This document shows, piece after piece, positions 38,871 to 48,545 of a stretch of 64,000 bases of DNA. The stretch spans positions 3,719-67,718 of the forward strand of contig JACIXQ010000002.1 of NCBI GenBank assembly GCA_014360465.1, in the 5' to 3' direction. The notes beneath the pieces were generated by a model. That model saw only the letters and a list, made by a program, of their open reading frames with translations, searched no databases and was not told where the DNA came from. Source of the stretch: a bacterium. Lineage in GTDB: Bacteria; Armatimonadota; JACIXR01. Each line of letters starts with the position of its first letter. Positions within the stretch are counted from its first letter, which is position 1. The position numbers and the translations under genes are program-made.

Positions 38871-39730
38871 CTTTGTCCTATCACCCAGCTATGACGAGGG
38901 TCGTTGATTGGAACCAGCTTTCTAATATCACCGGCTAAAATCCAGAGATAATAGAGAAAATATCCAGGAGCTGAGACTACGGGATGATAACCTTTAGTAA
39001 TGATAACGCTATCCCTATTTTCGATAATCAAAGCCTCGTTTATTGTCAGCTCGTCATCGTAAAGTCGCATAAAGCCGAAGCCCTCCTCAGGTTGGAAACG
39101 AAAATGATAAACTTCCTCAAGCCATATTTTTTCGGGTGGATTGTTTTCATCATGTCTGTGTGGCGGATATGATGACCAGTTGCCAGGAGGATTAAATGTT
39201 TCACCAACTATGAGCTTCTCCGCCGGCATATCCTCACGAAGCACATCGTGGACTTCCCTGAAGAAATTCCCTTCCCCTACCCTTCTAACCCTCACATCTT
39301 CTGGCTGAATCAAAATCACATCTCCTTCCCTTTGCGAGGGGGCAAATATTACCCCCGCTTCCAAATTTTTTTCTGCCCCAATTAAAACCTCTTTATTAGC
39401 AGGAATATAAATAGCATAAGCCCTGTCAACGAATACATTAACTCTCTCCCCCAAACAAAACTTCTCTCCATCCAGTTCAACCCAGCCTTTCCCTCGGAGA
39501 AGAAGAATTAGGCATTCTTTCCCCATTGTCTCCATTCTATACTCCTCTCCCATTTTGAGGTTCAGCAGAGAGAATCCAATATACTTCAGGGGCGGATCAC
39601 CCATTAAAGGCTTGACGATAGGTTGAAAACCCGCTAAGCGTTCTCTGCTGAGCTTTATGAGGGCTCTCTCTTTTTCCATATCGCTAAAATAGTTTATGGT
39701 TTTGATTGAACTAAGGCAACAAAAATCCAC
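38867..39730 (-). CDS. Cupin-fold IolB/KduI-like 5-deoxy-glucuronate isomerase family protein (putative)
   Basis: 287 aa. NPPGNWSSYPPHRHDE closely matches the IolB signature. Bicupin-like. Confidence 0.55.
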   Translation of the reverse strand: MDFCCLSSIKTINYFSDMEKERALIKLSRERLAGFQPIVKPLMGDPPLKYIGFSLLNLKMGEEYRMETMGKECLILLLRGKGWVELDGEKFCLGERVNVFVDRAYAIYIPANKEVLIGAEKNLEAGVIFAPSQREGDVILIQPEDVRVRRVGEGNFFREVHDVLREDMPAEKLIVGETFNPPGNWSSYPPHRHDENNPPEKIWLEEVYHFRFQPEEGFGFMRLYDDELTINEALIIENRDSVIITKGYHPVVSAPGYFLYYLWILAGDIRKLVPINDPRHSWVIGQR

Positions 39731-39755
39731 GCTTAAAAGAAATTAAACTTCTAAT

Positions 39756-40829
39756 CTATAAACCCAATATTTTGACTACTTCTTCTAAATCTGGCGGGGC
39801 TGAGATAAATGTTGCTGGAGCAGTTTCAACAGCGAGTTGCGGGTCTTTCAAACCATGCCCTGTCAAAGTGCAGACTATCGTCTCTCCCTCAAAAGATTTG
39901 AAATAACCTTCTTTATGTTTCTTTATTACACCTGCAACGGAAGCAGCGGAGGCGGGTTCGCAAAATATTCCCTCAAGGGATGCGAGAAGCTTGTACGCTT
40001 GAATTATCTCCTCATCGGTTACTTTGTCTATTAAACCGCCGGATTCATCCCTTGCTTGAACAGCGAACTTCCAGGATGCGGGATTGCCAATCCTAATCGC
40101 TGTTGCTACGGTCTGGGGGTTTTCAATAGGACGACCTTCAACAATCGGAGCTGCACCTGCCGCTTGGAAACCGAGCATCCTGGGTAGCCTCTTGTTGATT
40201 CCCAGCTGATGATATTCCTTATAACCTTTCCAGTAAGCAGTTATGTTTCCTGCGTTTCCAACTGGCAAAGCATGAAAAGCTGGGGCATCACCCAGGACAT
40301 CGCTTATCTCAAAAGCAGCTGTCTTCTGACCCTCTATGCGATAGGGATTGAGGGAATTGACCAATGTGACAGGGAATTTTTGGGAGATTTCAACGACTAT
40401 CCTCAAAGCATCGTCAAAGTTTCCCTCTATTGCCACAACCTTTGCATTATGAAGGAGAGCTTGGGCAAGCTTCCCCAGAGCGATTGCCCCTTTAGGGATT
40501 ATCACTATCACGGGAAGTTTTGCCCTCGCCCCATAGGCGGCAGCCGAAGCAGATGTATTGCCTGTTGAGGCACATATAACCGCTTTTGCTCCCTCCTCAA
40601 CAGCTTTTGAGATAGCAACGGTCATTCCTCTATCCTTGAATGAACCTGTAGGGTTAGCCCCTTCATATTTCAGTAGTAATCTTAAAGGGAGGGAAATATA
40701 TTCAGCCAGATTTCGTGCTTCAAGGAGCGGTGTATTACCCTCAAGCAAAGTTATTACAGGAGTTTTATCGCTTACGGGGAGATATTTCCTATACTCCTCA
40801 ATAACTCCGCGCCATCTGTAATTCATCAT
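39756..40829 (-). CDS. thrC: Threonine synthase (short, PLP-dependent fold type II)
   Basis: 357 aa. PLP lysine motif NPTGSFKDRGM, and GNTSASAAAYG. Confidence 0.85.
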   Translation of the reverse strand: MMNYRWRGVIEEYRKYLPVSDKTPVITLLEGNTPLLEARNLAEYISLPLRLLLKYEGANPTGSFKDRGMTVAISKAVEEGAKAVICASTGNTSASAAAYGARAKLPVIVIIPKGAIALGKLAQALLHNAKVVAIEGNFDDALRIVVEISQKFPVTLVNSLNPYRIEGQKTAAFEISDVLGDAPAFHALPVGNAGNITAYWKGYKEYHQLGINKRLPRMLGFQAAGAAPIVEGRPIENPQTVATAIRIGNPASWKFAVQARDESGGLIDKVTDEEIIQAYKLLASLEGIFCEPASAASVAGVIKKHKEGYFKSFEGETIVCTLTGHGLKDPQLAVETAPATFISAPPDLEEVVKILGL

Positions 40830-42109
40830 TCTTCCACCCTCAATAATAACGATATTTCCTCCACAACGGGAAGCCTCTCTATCCTTGCCAAAGCCTGGCG
40901 AATAGAGCTCTCTCGGGAGGGATGAGTTATCCAGACTATTTCAGCAGATGTATTTACTCGCCTTTTCTGTACGACTGAGGCTATGCTGACCTGTTCCTCC
41001 CCGAAGCAAGTAGCTATAGCGGCGAGAACTCCGGGCTTATCCACGACCTTCATCCTTATATAATACCTTGTTATTATATCTCCGATATCCTTCTGCTCCC
41101 TCTCCCGAAAGCAGGTACAGGAAATCCTGCCAGTGCAATTGAAGTTGATATTTCTCGCTATGTCAATGATATCCCCTACCACGGCAGAGCCCGTTGGGAG
41201 AGAACCTGCCCCTTCGCCGAAGAACATCACCCTACCAACGGAGGAACCATGGACAAGTATCGCATTGTTAACACCTCTGACAGATGCTAAGGGATGATGC
41301 TTTTTTACGAGCGCCGGGTGAACCCTTATGCTCAGTGCACCATTTTCCTCTTTGGCGATTGCCAATAGTTTGATTACATAACCCAGTTCATCAGCGTAGA
41401 TTATATCAATGGGAGATATGGCGGATATCCCCTCACGATAAATCTTGTCAACATCAACACGACTGTTGAAGGCGATGGAAGCAAGGATGGCTATCTTATA
41501 TGCTGGATCCAAACCCTCAACATCATAGGATGGGTCTGCCTCAGCATATCCTTTCAATTGGGCATCCTTCAACGCCTCTTCGTATGTCCACTGCTCCTCA
41601 GCCATCTTAGTCAATATGTAGTTTGTTGTAGCGTTTACAACCCCCACTATTGAGTAGATTTTATTTCCCGCTAAGCACACCTTGAGCGGACGAATAATGG
41701 GTATTCCGCCACCCACCGCACCTTCAAAATAAAGGTCAACCCTTTTCTCTGCTGCAAGTGGCAGAAGTTCCCTACCAAAACGTGCTATGACCTCTTTGTT
41801 GGCGGTGACAACATTCTTACCGTTTTCCAAGGCTTTCCTTATCAGGGAATAAGCCGGCTCTATTCCGCCGATAAGTTCAGCAACGATGTCTATCTCGTGG
41901 TCATTTACAACTTCGTAAGGGTCATCCGTGAAGAGATGGGAAGGTAGAGAAATAGCACGACTTTTATTCAGATGCTTAACGGCTATCTTCTTAATTTCTA
42001 TATCCGTCCCCGACCTCATCGTTATTTCCTCCCTATTATCAATCAATGTCTTCACTGTCCCCTGCCCCACAGTTCCGAAACCGAGAATTCCAACCTTTAT
42101 CTTTTTCAT
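40826..42109 (-). CDS. hom: Homoserine dehydrogenase
   Basis: 427 aa. NAD-binding VGILGFGTVGQG, the catalytic domain, and a C-terminal ACT domain. Confidence 0.85.
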   Translation of the reverse strand: MKKIKVGILGFGTVGQGTVKTLIDNREEITMRSGTDIEIKKIAVKHLNKSRAISLPSHLFTDDPYEVVNDHEIDIVAELIGGIEPAYSLIRKALENGKNVVTANKEVIARFGRELLPLAAEKRVDLYFEGAVGGGIPIIRPLKVCLAGNKIYSIVGVVNATTNYILTKMAEEQWTYEEALKDAQLKGYAEADPSYDVEGLDPAYKIAILASIAFNSRVDVDKIYREGISAISPIDIIYADELGYVIKLLAIAKEENGALSIRVHPALVKKHHPLASVRGVNNAILVHGSSVGRVMFFGEGAGSLPTGSAVVGDIIDIARNINFNCTGRISCTCFREREQKDIGDIITRYYIRMKVVDKPGVLAAIATCFGEEQVSIASVVQKRRVNTSAEIVWITHPSRESSIRQALARIERLPVVEEISLLLRVEE

Positions 42110-42567
42110 ACGAGTTCCTCCATCGGTTCAATCGCAAATAACGGGTCTCCTTCCATAACAAGGGAAGAATTTTGGGGGAAAATTTTCACCACCTTACCAG
42201 AGATCTCTGCGGTTATATCATTAAAAATTTTCATCGCTTCTATCAAAGCGATTCTCTGCCCCTTATGAACTATGTCTCCCTCTTCTACAAAAGGAGGAGA
42301 GGTAGGGGATGGAGCACGATAAAAGATGCCAGTCATTGGGGCTTTGAGAATATAAACATTCTCTCCTAAAGAACTTTCCCTTTTTTCAGCGATTTCATCG
42401 GTGATTGTTTTGGAAGCTTTGAATTCCTGAATATCGGGCACTTTGGAAATATTCTTCCTTAAAATAAGTCTCACACCCTCCTCTTCAATTTCAATTACCG
42501 AAGCGGAGGATTTCTCAAATACGGAGAGAATTTCTTTTATAAAAGAAATTAACCTTTCCTTTTCCAC
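42106..42567 (-). CDS. accB: Biotin carboxyl carrier protein (BCCP)
   Basis: 153 aa. Biotinyl-lysine motif EAMKIFNDI in a C-terminal biotin/lipoyl domain. No accC is adjacent. Confidence 0.75.
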   Translation of the reverse strand: MEKERLISFIKEILSVFEKSSASVIEIEEEGVRLILRKNISKVPDIQEFKASKTITDEIAEKRESSLGENVYILKAPMTGIFYRAPSPTSPPFVEEGDIVHKGQRIALIEAMKIFNDITAEISGKVVKIFPQNSSLVMEGDPLFAIEPMEELV

Positions 42568-42588
42568 TTTTAAATTAAAAAAGAAAAG

Positions 42589-42663
42589 TGGTGGCGGCGA
42601 AGGGTATCGAACCCTTGACCCCGCGGTTATGAGCCGCGTGCTCTACCACTGAGCTACACCGCC
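42589..42663 (-). tRNA. tRNA-Met (anticodon CAT, elongator-type; tRNA-Ile2/lysidine cannot be excluded)
   Basis: Reverse complement folds as GGCGGTG-TA-GCTC-AGTGGTA-GAGC-A-CGCGG-CTCATAA-CCGCG-GGGTC-AAGGG-TTCGATA-CCCTT-CGCCGCC-A-CCA. Position 1:72 is paired, so it is not an initiator. Confidence 0.8.
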
Positions 42664-42776
42664 ACTCAACATTATAAATAATACAAAGGATTAACGAAAT
42701 GGTCAAGATAAATAAAGAGAATATCAGTACCCCAAAACTTCCACATTATATCAATTTTCCTTAAAATTAAGACGAG

Positions 42777-44750
42777 GTGAAAGAATTGAAAAGGATTATT
42801 ATGTTGATATTGGCTATCTTATGCTTTATCGCATCCTTCGCAAAAGATGAAAAAACCGCTAACTTGGTCGTTAATGGTGGCTTTGAAAACTCAAAAGGTG
42901 GCATACCATTGGACTGGTCTCTTCCGAGCGATATTTGTACCCTTGACCCAGACAATCCTCATTCGGGGAAGTTCAGTCTGAGATACACACGTACCGATGA
43001 TAAAGACTACCGCCTTGTCACTCAGAAACTCCCTTGCATTCCGGGAAAACTATATAAGGTGAGCGTCTGGGTTAAAGGAGAAAATATAAAGGGAAATCCC
43101 GCTGACCAGGGAGCTGGTTTCTGCATTGAATGGTCTGATGCGGAAGGGAAATGGTTGGGAGGCTATTACCCGAGCTGTATTTCTGGAACATTTAACTGGA
43201 CTGAAATCTCATCCCTCGTTCGCATACCTAAGGAGGCAAAAAGTGTCCATATTACGCTTTACCTTCGCAAGGGCACAACTGGTACTGCATGGTTTGACGA
43301 TGTGGTCGTTCAGCGGACAGCGGCTCCTTTTTCCAATATCCATTTAATCTCACCCTCATATAGAGGAATCCTCCAGTTGCCGAGCAAAGGGAAAAAAGCA
43401 CTTGCTAAATTGACAGTGAACAGAGATGATTACGATTTAGTGGGGGCGACAATCAGGATAAGGAACTTCTTGATGGATAGGTCAGGAAAATCACTTGCTA
43501 AATCAGAGGAGGAGCTTTCAGCCGAGAAGGAGGAGATAATCCTCTCGCTCCCCCTGCCAGAATTGAAAGAAGGGAATTACTATTGGATAATCCAAATCCT
43601 TACAGGTGATAGAGAACTGGCGACAGAGAATATCCCGATTAAGGTGGTTAGAAAGATGAACGAGAAGGTCTATATAGACGAGAAAGGAAGGCTAATCGTT
43701 GATGGTAAACCTTTCTTCCCGTTGGGACTATATCTTGGACCTACCGATGAGGAACATCTGAAACGAATCTCGGAAGCCGGGTTCAATACAATTCTCTGCT
43801 ATGGTTATGGTGCGGGTGAAAATCCCAAAGCATATATGGATAGAGCAGAGAAATATGGATTAAAGGTCATTTACTCAATAAAAGATTTCTATGAGGGCAC
43901 ACCATATTTCCCTCAAAGGGGTAAGAGCGGGTTAGAACTCGCAAAAGAGTATGTTGAAGAACTTCGCAACCACCCTGCCCTTCTTGCTTGGTATATCAAC
44001 GATGAACTCCCAGTTGCTTATATCCCACAGCTCACAGCTATGTTCAATTTAGTAAAGAAGCTTGACCCTAACCATCCTCAATTCCAGGTCCTTTACGAAA
44101 TTCCAGACCTTGAACTATACTACAACTGTACCGATATAATTGGCGTTGACCCCTACCCTATTCCTTCACAGCCAATAACGATGGTATCTGATTGGACAAG
44201 AGCAGCAATCAAAGCAATGTCAAATGCAAAGCCGGTTTGGGTCGTTCCTCAGATTTTTGACTGGTCTGTATATAATCCCGCCAATACTCCCAGAGAACCA
44301 ACTTTTGAGGAGAAAAAGAATATGTTCTATCAGGCAATAATCCAGGGAGCAAAGGGACTTATCGCTTACTCCTACTTTGACCTTTTAAGAACAACGGGAG
44401 GAAAAGAGGCAGATAAGGAACTTTTTGAGAGAAGATGGAAAGAAGTCAGCTACATTGCTGGAGAGATAAAGAAACTGATTCCCATCTTGCTTGAAGGTGA
44501 AGACATACCTCAATTGCAGGGTTCAATTGCCGACGGAAAAGTGCTCATCAGAGGATTATCCCATAAGGGAATTATTTATATCCTTGTAGCCAACACTGTT
44601 TCCGAAGATAGCCAGATCTCCATATCCATCCCTGGAAAAGGATGGAGAAAAGCGAAGAGGATAGATGGTTCATTATTGAACTTGAAAGGAAATAAAATCG
44701 TGGATTCCTTAAAACCTTATCAAGCAACGACATATATCATCTCAAGATGA
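42777..44750 (+). CDS. Secreted glycoside hydrolase with N-terminal CBM4/9-like domain and TIM-barrel catalytic domain (putative)
   Basis: Signal peptide. CBM-like LVVNGGFENSKGGIPLDWS, then a TIM-barrel region (GFNTILCYGYG, WYINDELP). Confidence 0.5.
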   Translation: MKELKRIIMLILAILCFIASFAKDEKTANLVVNGGFENSKGGIPLDWSLPSDICTLDPDNPHSGKFSLRYTRTDDKDYRLVTQKLPCIPGKLYKVSVWVKGENIKGNPADQGAGFCIEWSDAEGKWLGGYYPSCISGTFNWTEISSLVRIPKEAKSVHITLYLRKGTTGTAWFDDVVVQRTAAPFSNIHLISPSYRGILQLPSKGKKALAKLTVNRDDYDLVGATIRIRNFLMDRSGKSLAKSEEELSAEKEEIILSLPLPELKEGNYYWIIQILTGDRELATENIPIKVVRKMNEKVYIDEKGRLIVDGKPFFPLGLYLGPTDEEHLKRISEAGFNTILCYGYGAGENPKAYMDRAEKYGLKVIYSIKDFYEGTPYFPQRGKSGLELAKEYVEELRNHPALLAWYINDELPVAYIPQLTAMFNLVKKLDPNHPQFQVLYEIPDLELYYNCTDIIGVDPYPIPSQPITMVSDWTRAAIKAMSNAKPVWVVPQIFDWSVYNPANTPREPTFEEKKNMFYQAIIQGAKGLIAYSYFDLLRTTGGKEADKELFERRWKEVSYIAGEIKKLIPILLEGEDIPQLQGSIADGKVLIRGLSHKGIIYILVANTVSEDSQISISIPGKGWRKAKRIDGSLLNLKGNKIVDSLKPYQATTYIISR

Positions 44751-44831
44751 ACCTTAAGAAAATGCTACTTGCGAACCAAACATAGTGTCCCTACAATTTG
44801 GAAAGGTAGTTTTAGAAAGGAGGTCCTTTAA

Positions 44832-46238
44832 ATGGAAACTCGTTTCTGTGACAACAAAATGAAGTTTCTCCTGTTGGGTTTGACCTCGGGGCTCTACAAA
44901 GAGAAGCTTCCAGAATTGACGGACAAGTTGGAATCGTTCCTTGGGGAACTGAAGGGTATATTACAAAATCACTGCGATATCTTGAGCTATGGACCCGTCG
45001 CATCAAGAGCAGAACTAGACGAGTTAATGGTCAAGTTGGATAGGGAAAACATCGCTGGTGTTATAGTTATTCTGCTTTCTTATTCTCCCAGTCTAATGTC
45101 CCTGCCATTCTTAAAAGAAATCAGCAAGCCCATCCTGATTTGGAACACTCAGAAGCTTTGGGAAATCAAGGATGATTTCAACGCTGAAGACCTCTTCCAG
45201 AACCATGGCATTCATGGGGTTCAAGACCTCGCCAGCGTGTTGTTGAGGGAGAAGGTTCCCTTCTCTCTGGTTACCGGGCATTTCAAAGACGAATGCGCCC
45301 AGCAGAAAATAAAGGAATGGATGACAGCTGTAACTGCGGTAGAGAAATTGAGAAACAGTAGGGTTGGTAATCTGGGCGGAACCTTCCCGATGATGGGTGA
45401 TTTCCTAATTTCTCCCGAAAGCTTAAAATCCAAGCTCGGAGTTGAGTTCGTTAAAATCTCAATGGATGAGGTAGCGGATTATCTTAAGAAGGTGGATGAT
45501 GCGGAGATAGAAAAAGTTATGAAGGATGACTTGAAAAAGTACAAAGCGGAAAACCTTTCTCCTGAAACTCACAGACGCTCGGTTAGGATAGAGTTGGCTT
45601 TAAGAAAGCTCATAGAAGATAAAAAACTTCAGGGAATTGCCGTTAATTTTATCGCTTTTGACCGTTCCTCTCCTGTTGATACGGTTCCTTTTCTCGCTAT
45701 TTCCAAGTTCCTTGCCGAGGGTATGGGATACGGAGGAGAAGGCGATGTGTTGACCGCCTGTAGCGTCCTCCTTTTGCAATATCTCACAGGGGAAGCTAAT
45801 TTCGTCGAAATGTTCACAGTGGACTTTCCCAATAATCTTATTTTTATGAGCCATATGGCGGAGAGCAATCCGAAGATGGCAAGACCTGATTCTCCCATCA
45901 TCCTAAAGGAAAATCCCCTTCCCCTCGCCTACGCCGCTCCCAGCGCGGTCCTCTGCTTCAGTTTGAGACCAGGACTGGCAACCCTTCTCGACTTCACCCG
46001 AACCGCGGAAAACGAGATAAAGGTTATTACTTCTCTCGTGGAAGTCGTCGATAAACCGATGCTCAAAAACATAGACCAACCACAATTCTTCATCAGACCA
46101 AACTGCAGGGTTGAAGAATTCCTCACCAAGTACTCCCTTGAGGGTGGAAAGCATCATCTTGCAATGTGCTACGGCGACCAAAGGCAAACATTGAAATATG
46201 TCGCAACCCTTATGAATATGCCCTATGTTGAAATATAA
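44832..46238 (+). CDS. L-arabinose isomerase / L-fucose isomerase family sugar isomerase
   Basis: 468 aa. N-terminal KFLLLGLTSGLY parallels AraA WFVTGSQHLYG. GYGGEGDVLTA parallels AraA GFAGEGDWKTA. VEMFTVDF..LIFMSHMAE parallels FMEDYTYHF..LVLGSHMLE. Confidence 0.65.
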   Translation: METRFCDNKMKFLLLGLTSGLYKEKLPELTDKLESFLGELKGILQNHCDILSYGPVASRAELDELMVKLDRENIAGVIVILLSYSPSLMSLPFLKEISKPILIWNTQKLWEIKDDFNAEDLFQNHGIHGVQDLASVLLREKVPFSLVTGHFKDECAQQKIKEWMTAVTAVEKLRNSRVGNLGGTFPMMGDFLISPESLKSKLGVEFVKISMDEVADYLKKVDDAEIEKVMKDDLKKYKAENLSPETHRRSVRIELALRKLIEDKKLQGIAVNFIAFDRSSPVDTVPFLAISKFLAEGMGYGGEGDVLTACSVLLLQYLTGEANFVEMFTVDFPNNLIFMSHMAESNPKMARPDSPIILKENPLPLAYAAPSAVLCFSLRPGLATLLDFTRTAENEIKVITSLVEVVDKPMLKNIDQPQFFIRPNCRVEEFLTKYSLEGGKHHLAMCYGDQRQTLKYVATLMNMPYVEI

Positions 46239-46257
46239 ATTTGAGGAGCGTGAGTTT

Positions 46258-47529
46258 ATGAAAAAACTAAAAGTTGGCGTCTTTGGAATAAAAAGAGGGG
46301 CTACTTTCGCTCACCTTTTTGATATGAATCCACATACTGAACTTTCCGCCATTTGCGATGCCGATGAGCTTGCCGTAAAGCAATTTCTCGGCGATAGGAA
46401 AGAAGTAGCTGTATACTCGGATTACGATAAGTTCCTTGAACACGACCTTGATATAGTCGTGCTCTGCAATTACTGCACGGAACATGCTCCCGCCGCAATT
46501 AAGGCACTTAATTCAGGGCGAAGCGTCCTATCGGAAGTTATTGCTTGCAAAACACTTGCTGAAGGAGTGGAACTGTGTAGGACTGTGGAGAAAACGGGTA
46601 AACATTATATGCTCGCTGAGAATTACTGCTATTTCTCCTACACACAGGAGATGAAAAGACTCTATGAGGAAGGTGTAATAGGCGAGTATCTTTATGGAGA
46701 GTGTGAATATGTCCACGACTGTCGTCCCATCTTTCATCTTTTGACCTCCGGTAAGGACCACTGGCGTAATTGGATTCCAGCCACCTACTACTGCACTCAC
46801 TCACTCGGTCCGATAATTACTATAACCAAGACCAGACCTGTGAAAGTAGTGGGCTTTGTCGTCCCAAACAAGTTATCGAGGGAAGTGGGAAGGGTTGGGG
46901 ATGATTGGGGCGTGTTTGTCTGCATTATGGATAACTCAGCGGTGACGCGGGTCATACCCTGGTCAACAGGACCACGCGATTCAATTTGGTACAGGATTCA
47001 CGGAACGAAGGGAGCGATGGAAAACAATCGCCTCAGGGATACAGATGTCCTAAATATATTCACCATTGAAGCAACTCCAGAGCTGGAATATAAAGAAAAC
47101 GAGAAAAGCTACAGACCGGAATTCAGGAAGTATCAGGAAGAAGCAAGGAAGTTTGGACATGGTGGCTCCGACTTTTTCGTCGTATGGGAATTCGTGGATT
47201 CAATTATAAAGGGAGAAAAACCACCGATAGATGTCTATATGGCAATGGATATGACGCTTCCAGGTATTCTCGCTTACCGTTCCGCCTATATGGGAAACAT
47301 TCCCATTGAGGTTCCCGATTTTCGTAAAGAGGAAGTAAGAAAACAATACGAAAACGACCACTGGTCCCCTGACCCAAAGGACAAGCACCTCCCAAATCAA
47401 CCCACTCCATCCGTCCTCGGCGAAATAGAGATTCCCGAGGAGATATACAGAAAGTTGGATGAGAAAAGAAGAAAAGTGAGAATGGAATATGAAAAGGCTA
47501 TTGAGGTAGATAAGGGGGCGAAGGATTGA
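46258..47529 (+). CDS. Gfo/Idh/MocA-family NAD(P)-dependent oxidoreductase
   Basis: N-terminal Rossmann KVGVFGIKRGATF. The start is chosen at the second ATG (46258), which is preceded by a GAGGAG RBS. The listed ATG at 46225 lies inside the isomerase 3' end. Confidence 0.75.
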   Translation: MKKLKVGVFGIKRGATFAHLFDMNPHTELSAICDADELAVKQFLGDRKEVAVYSDYDKFLEHDLDIVVLCNYCTEHAPAAIKALNSGRSVLSEVIACKTLAEGVELCRTVEKTGKHYMLAENYCYFSYTQEMKRLYEEGVIGEYLYGECEYVHDCRPIFHLLTSGKDHWRNWIPATYYCTHSLGPIITITKTRPVKVVGFVVPNKLSREVGRVGDDWGVFVCIMDNSAVTRVIPWSTGPRDSIWYRIHGTKGAMENNRLRDTDVLNIFTIEATPELEYKENEKSYRPEFRKYQEEARKFGHGGSDFFVVWEFVDSIIKGEKPPIDVYMAMDMTLPGILAYRSAYMGNIPIEVPDFRKEEVRKQYENDHWSPDPKDKHLPNQPTPSVLGEIEIPEEIYRKLDEKRRKVRMEYEKAIEVDKGAKD

Positions 47530-48545
47530 CTGAAAAAGAAAGATATGAGAAGATAGACCTTCCTTTCTACAGGGAGGAAGTTCGCCCATTTCTTCCCGAA
47601 AAAATACTTGATTTCCACACCCACATATGGACAAAGGACCATTGGATTGAAATCCCCTGGGAAAAGGATTTGCCAGGTAGAAAATATATGGTCGTGGAAG
47701 AGGAGAACAAAGTGGAAGACCTATTAAAAGATGGCGAAATGATTTTCCCAGGGCTTGAATACAACGCTGTCTGCTTCAGCTTCCCCTCCCCTTCAATAGA
47801 CCTCAAGAAGACCAACGCTTATGTTGCTGAAGCTTGTAAAGAAAGGAAGAATCTTTTTCCACTGCTTCTTATCGGCAAGGATACCACGCCAGAGGATGAA
47901 ATCATAGAAGCTGTGGAGAAGCTTGGTTTCAAGGGGTTCAAGGTGCTTACTCCTTGGTATGGGGACGATTATGGTAGTATAACCGTTAAGGATATGATTG
48001 GACCCAGGGAAATGGAAATTGCCGACGAATACAATCTGGTTGTTTTGCTCCATGTTCCAAGAGCTGATAGGTTGGCTGACCCTGAAGTGCAGAGGGATGT
48101 TATGGAATATGCGACAAAATATCCCAATGCGAAGCTGGTCCTTGCCCATTGTGGTCGTTGCTACCTTCCAGAGCAGATTCTCAAAGCGATGAGGTTACTC
48201 CGTGAGCTTGAGAATATCTACCTTGATACATCTATGGTTATGGAGTCTCAGGTATTCCAAATAATTCTGGAAAATCTCAATCCAAGAAGGTTGCTATTTG
48301 GCACGGATTTGCCCATCGCAAGGATGAGAGGACGTCGTGTCTATGTTATGAACCATTGGGTTGATATCGTTCTTGAGGGATATCCCGAGAGCGCCTATAG
48401 GGTTTCCCTTAAAGGTATAAGCGCCGTATTTATGGTCTGGGAAATCGTTCTTGCCCTAAAAAGAGCGGCTGCAGCTGTGGGTCTTGATAAGGAAAAATTC
48501 CAACAAATATTCTACGAGAACGGAATGAACCTGCTAAGGAAATGA
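47526..48545 (+). CDS. Amidohydrolase-2 family metal-dependent hydrolase (TIM barrel)
   Basis: 339 aa. ILDFHTHIW HxH motif near the N-terminus, with later His/Asp ligands (LAHCG, GTDLP). TTG start overlaps the upstream stop. Confidence 0.65.
   Translation: MTEKERYEKIDLPFYREEVRPFLPEKILDFHTHIWTKDHWIEIPWEKDLPGRKYMVVEEENKVEDLLKDGEMIFPGLEYNAVCFSFPSPSIDLKKTNAYVAEACKERKNLFPLLLIGKDTTPEDEIIEAVEKLGFKGFKVLTPWYGDDYGSITVKDMIGPREMEIADEYNLVVLLHVPRADRLADPEVQRDVMEYATKYPNAKLVLAHCGRCYLPEQILKAMRLLRELENIYLDTSMVMESQVFQIILENLNPRRLLFGTDLPIARMRGRRVYVMNHWVDIVLEGYPESAYRVSLKGISAVFMVWEIVLALKRAAAAVGLDKEKFQQIFYENGMNLLRK

Noticed and set aside
42589-42663. tRNA-Met considered as initiator tRNA-fMet
   Set aside because: Position 1:72 is a G:C pair, not the C1xA72 mismatch of bacterial initiators. 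The anticodon stem has three G-C pairs but not the GGG/CCC arrangement.
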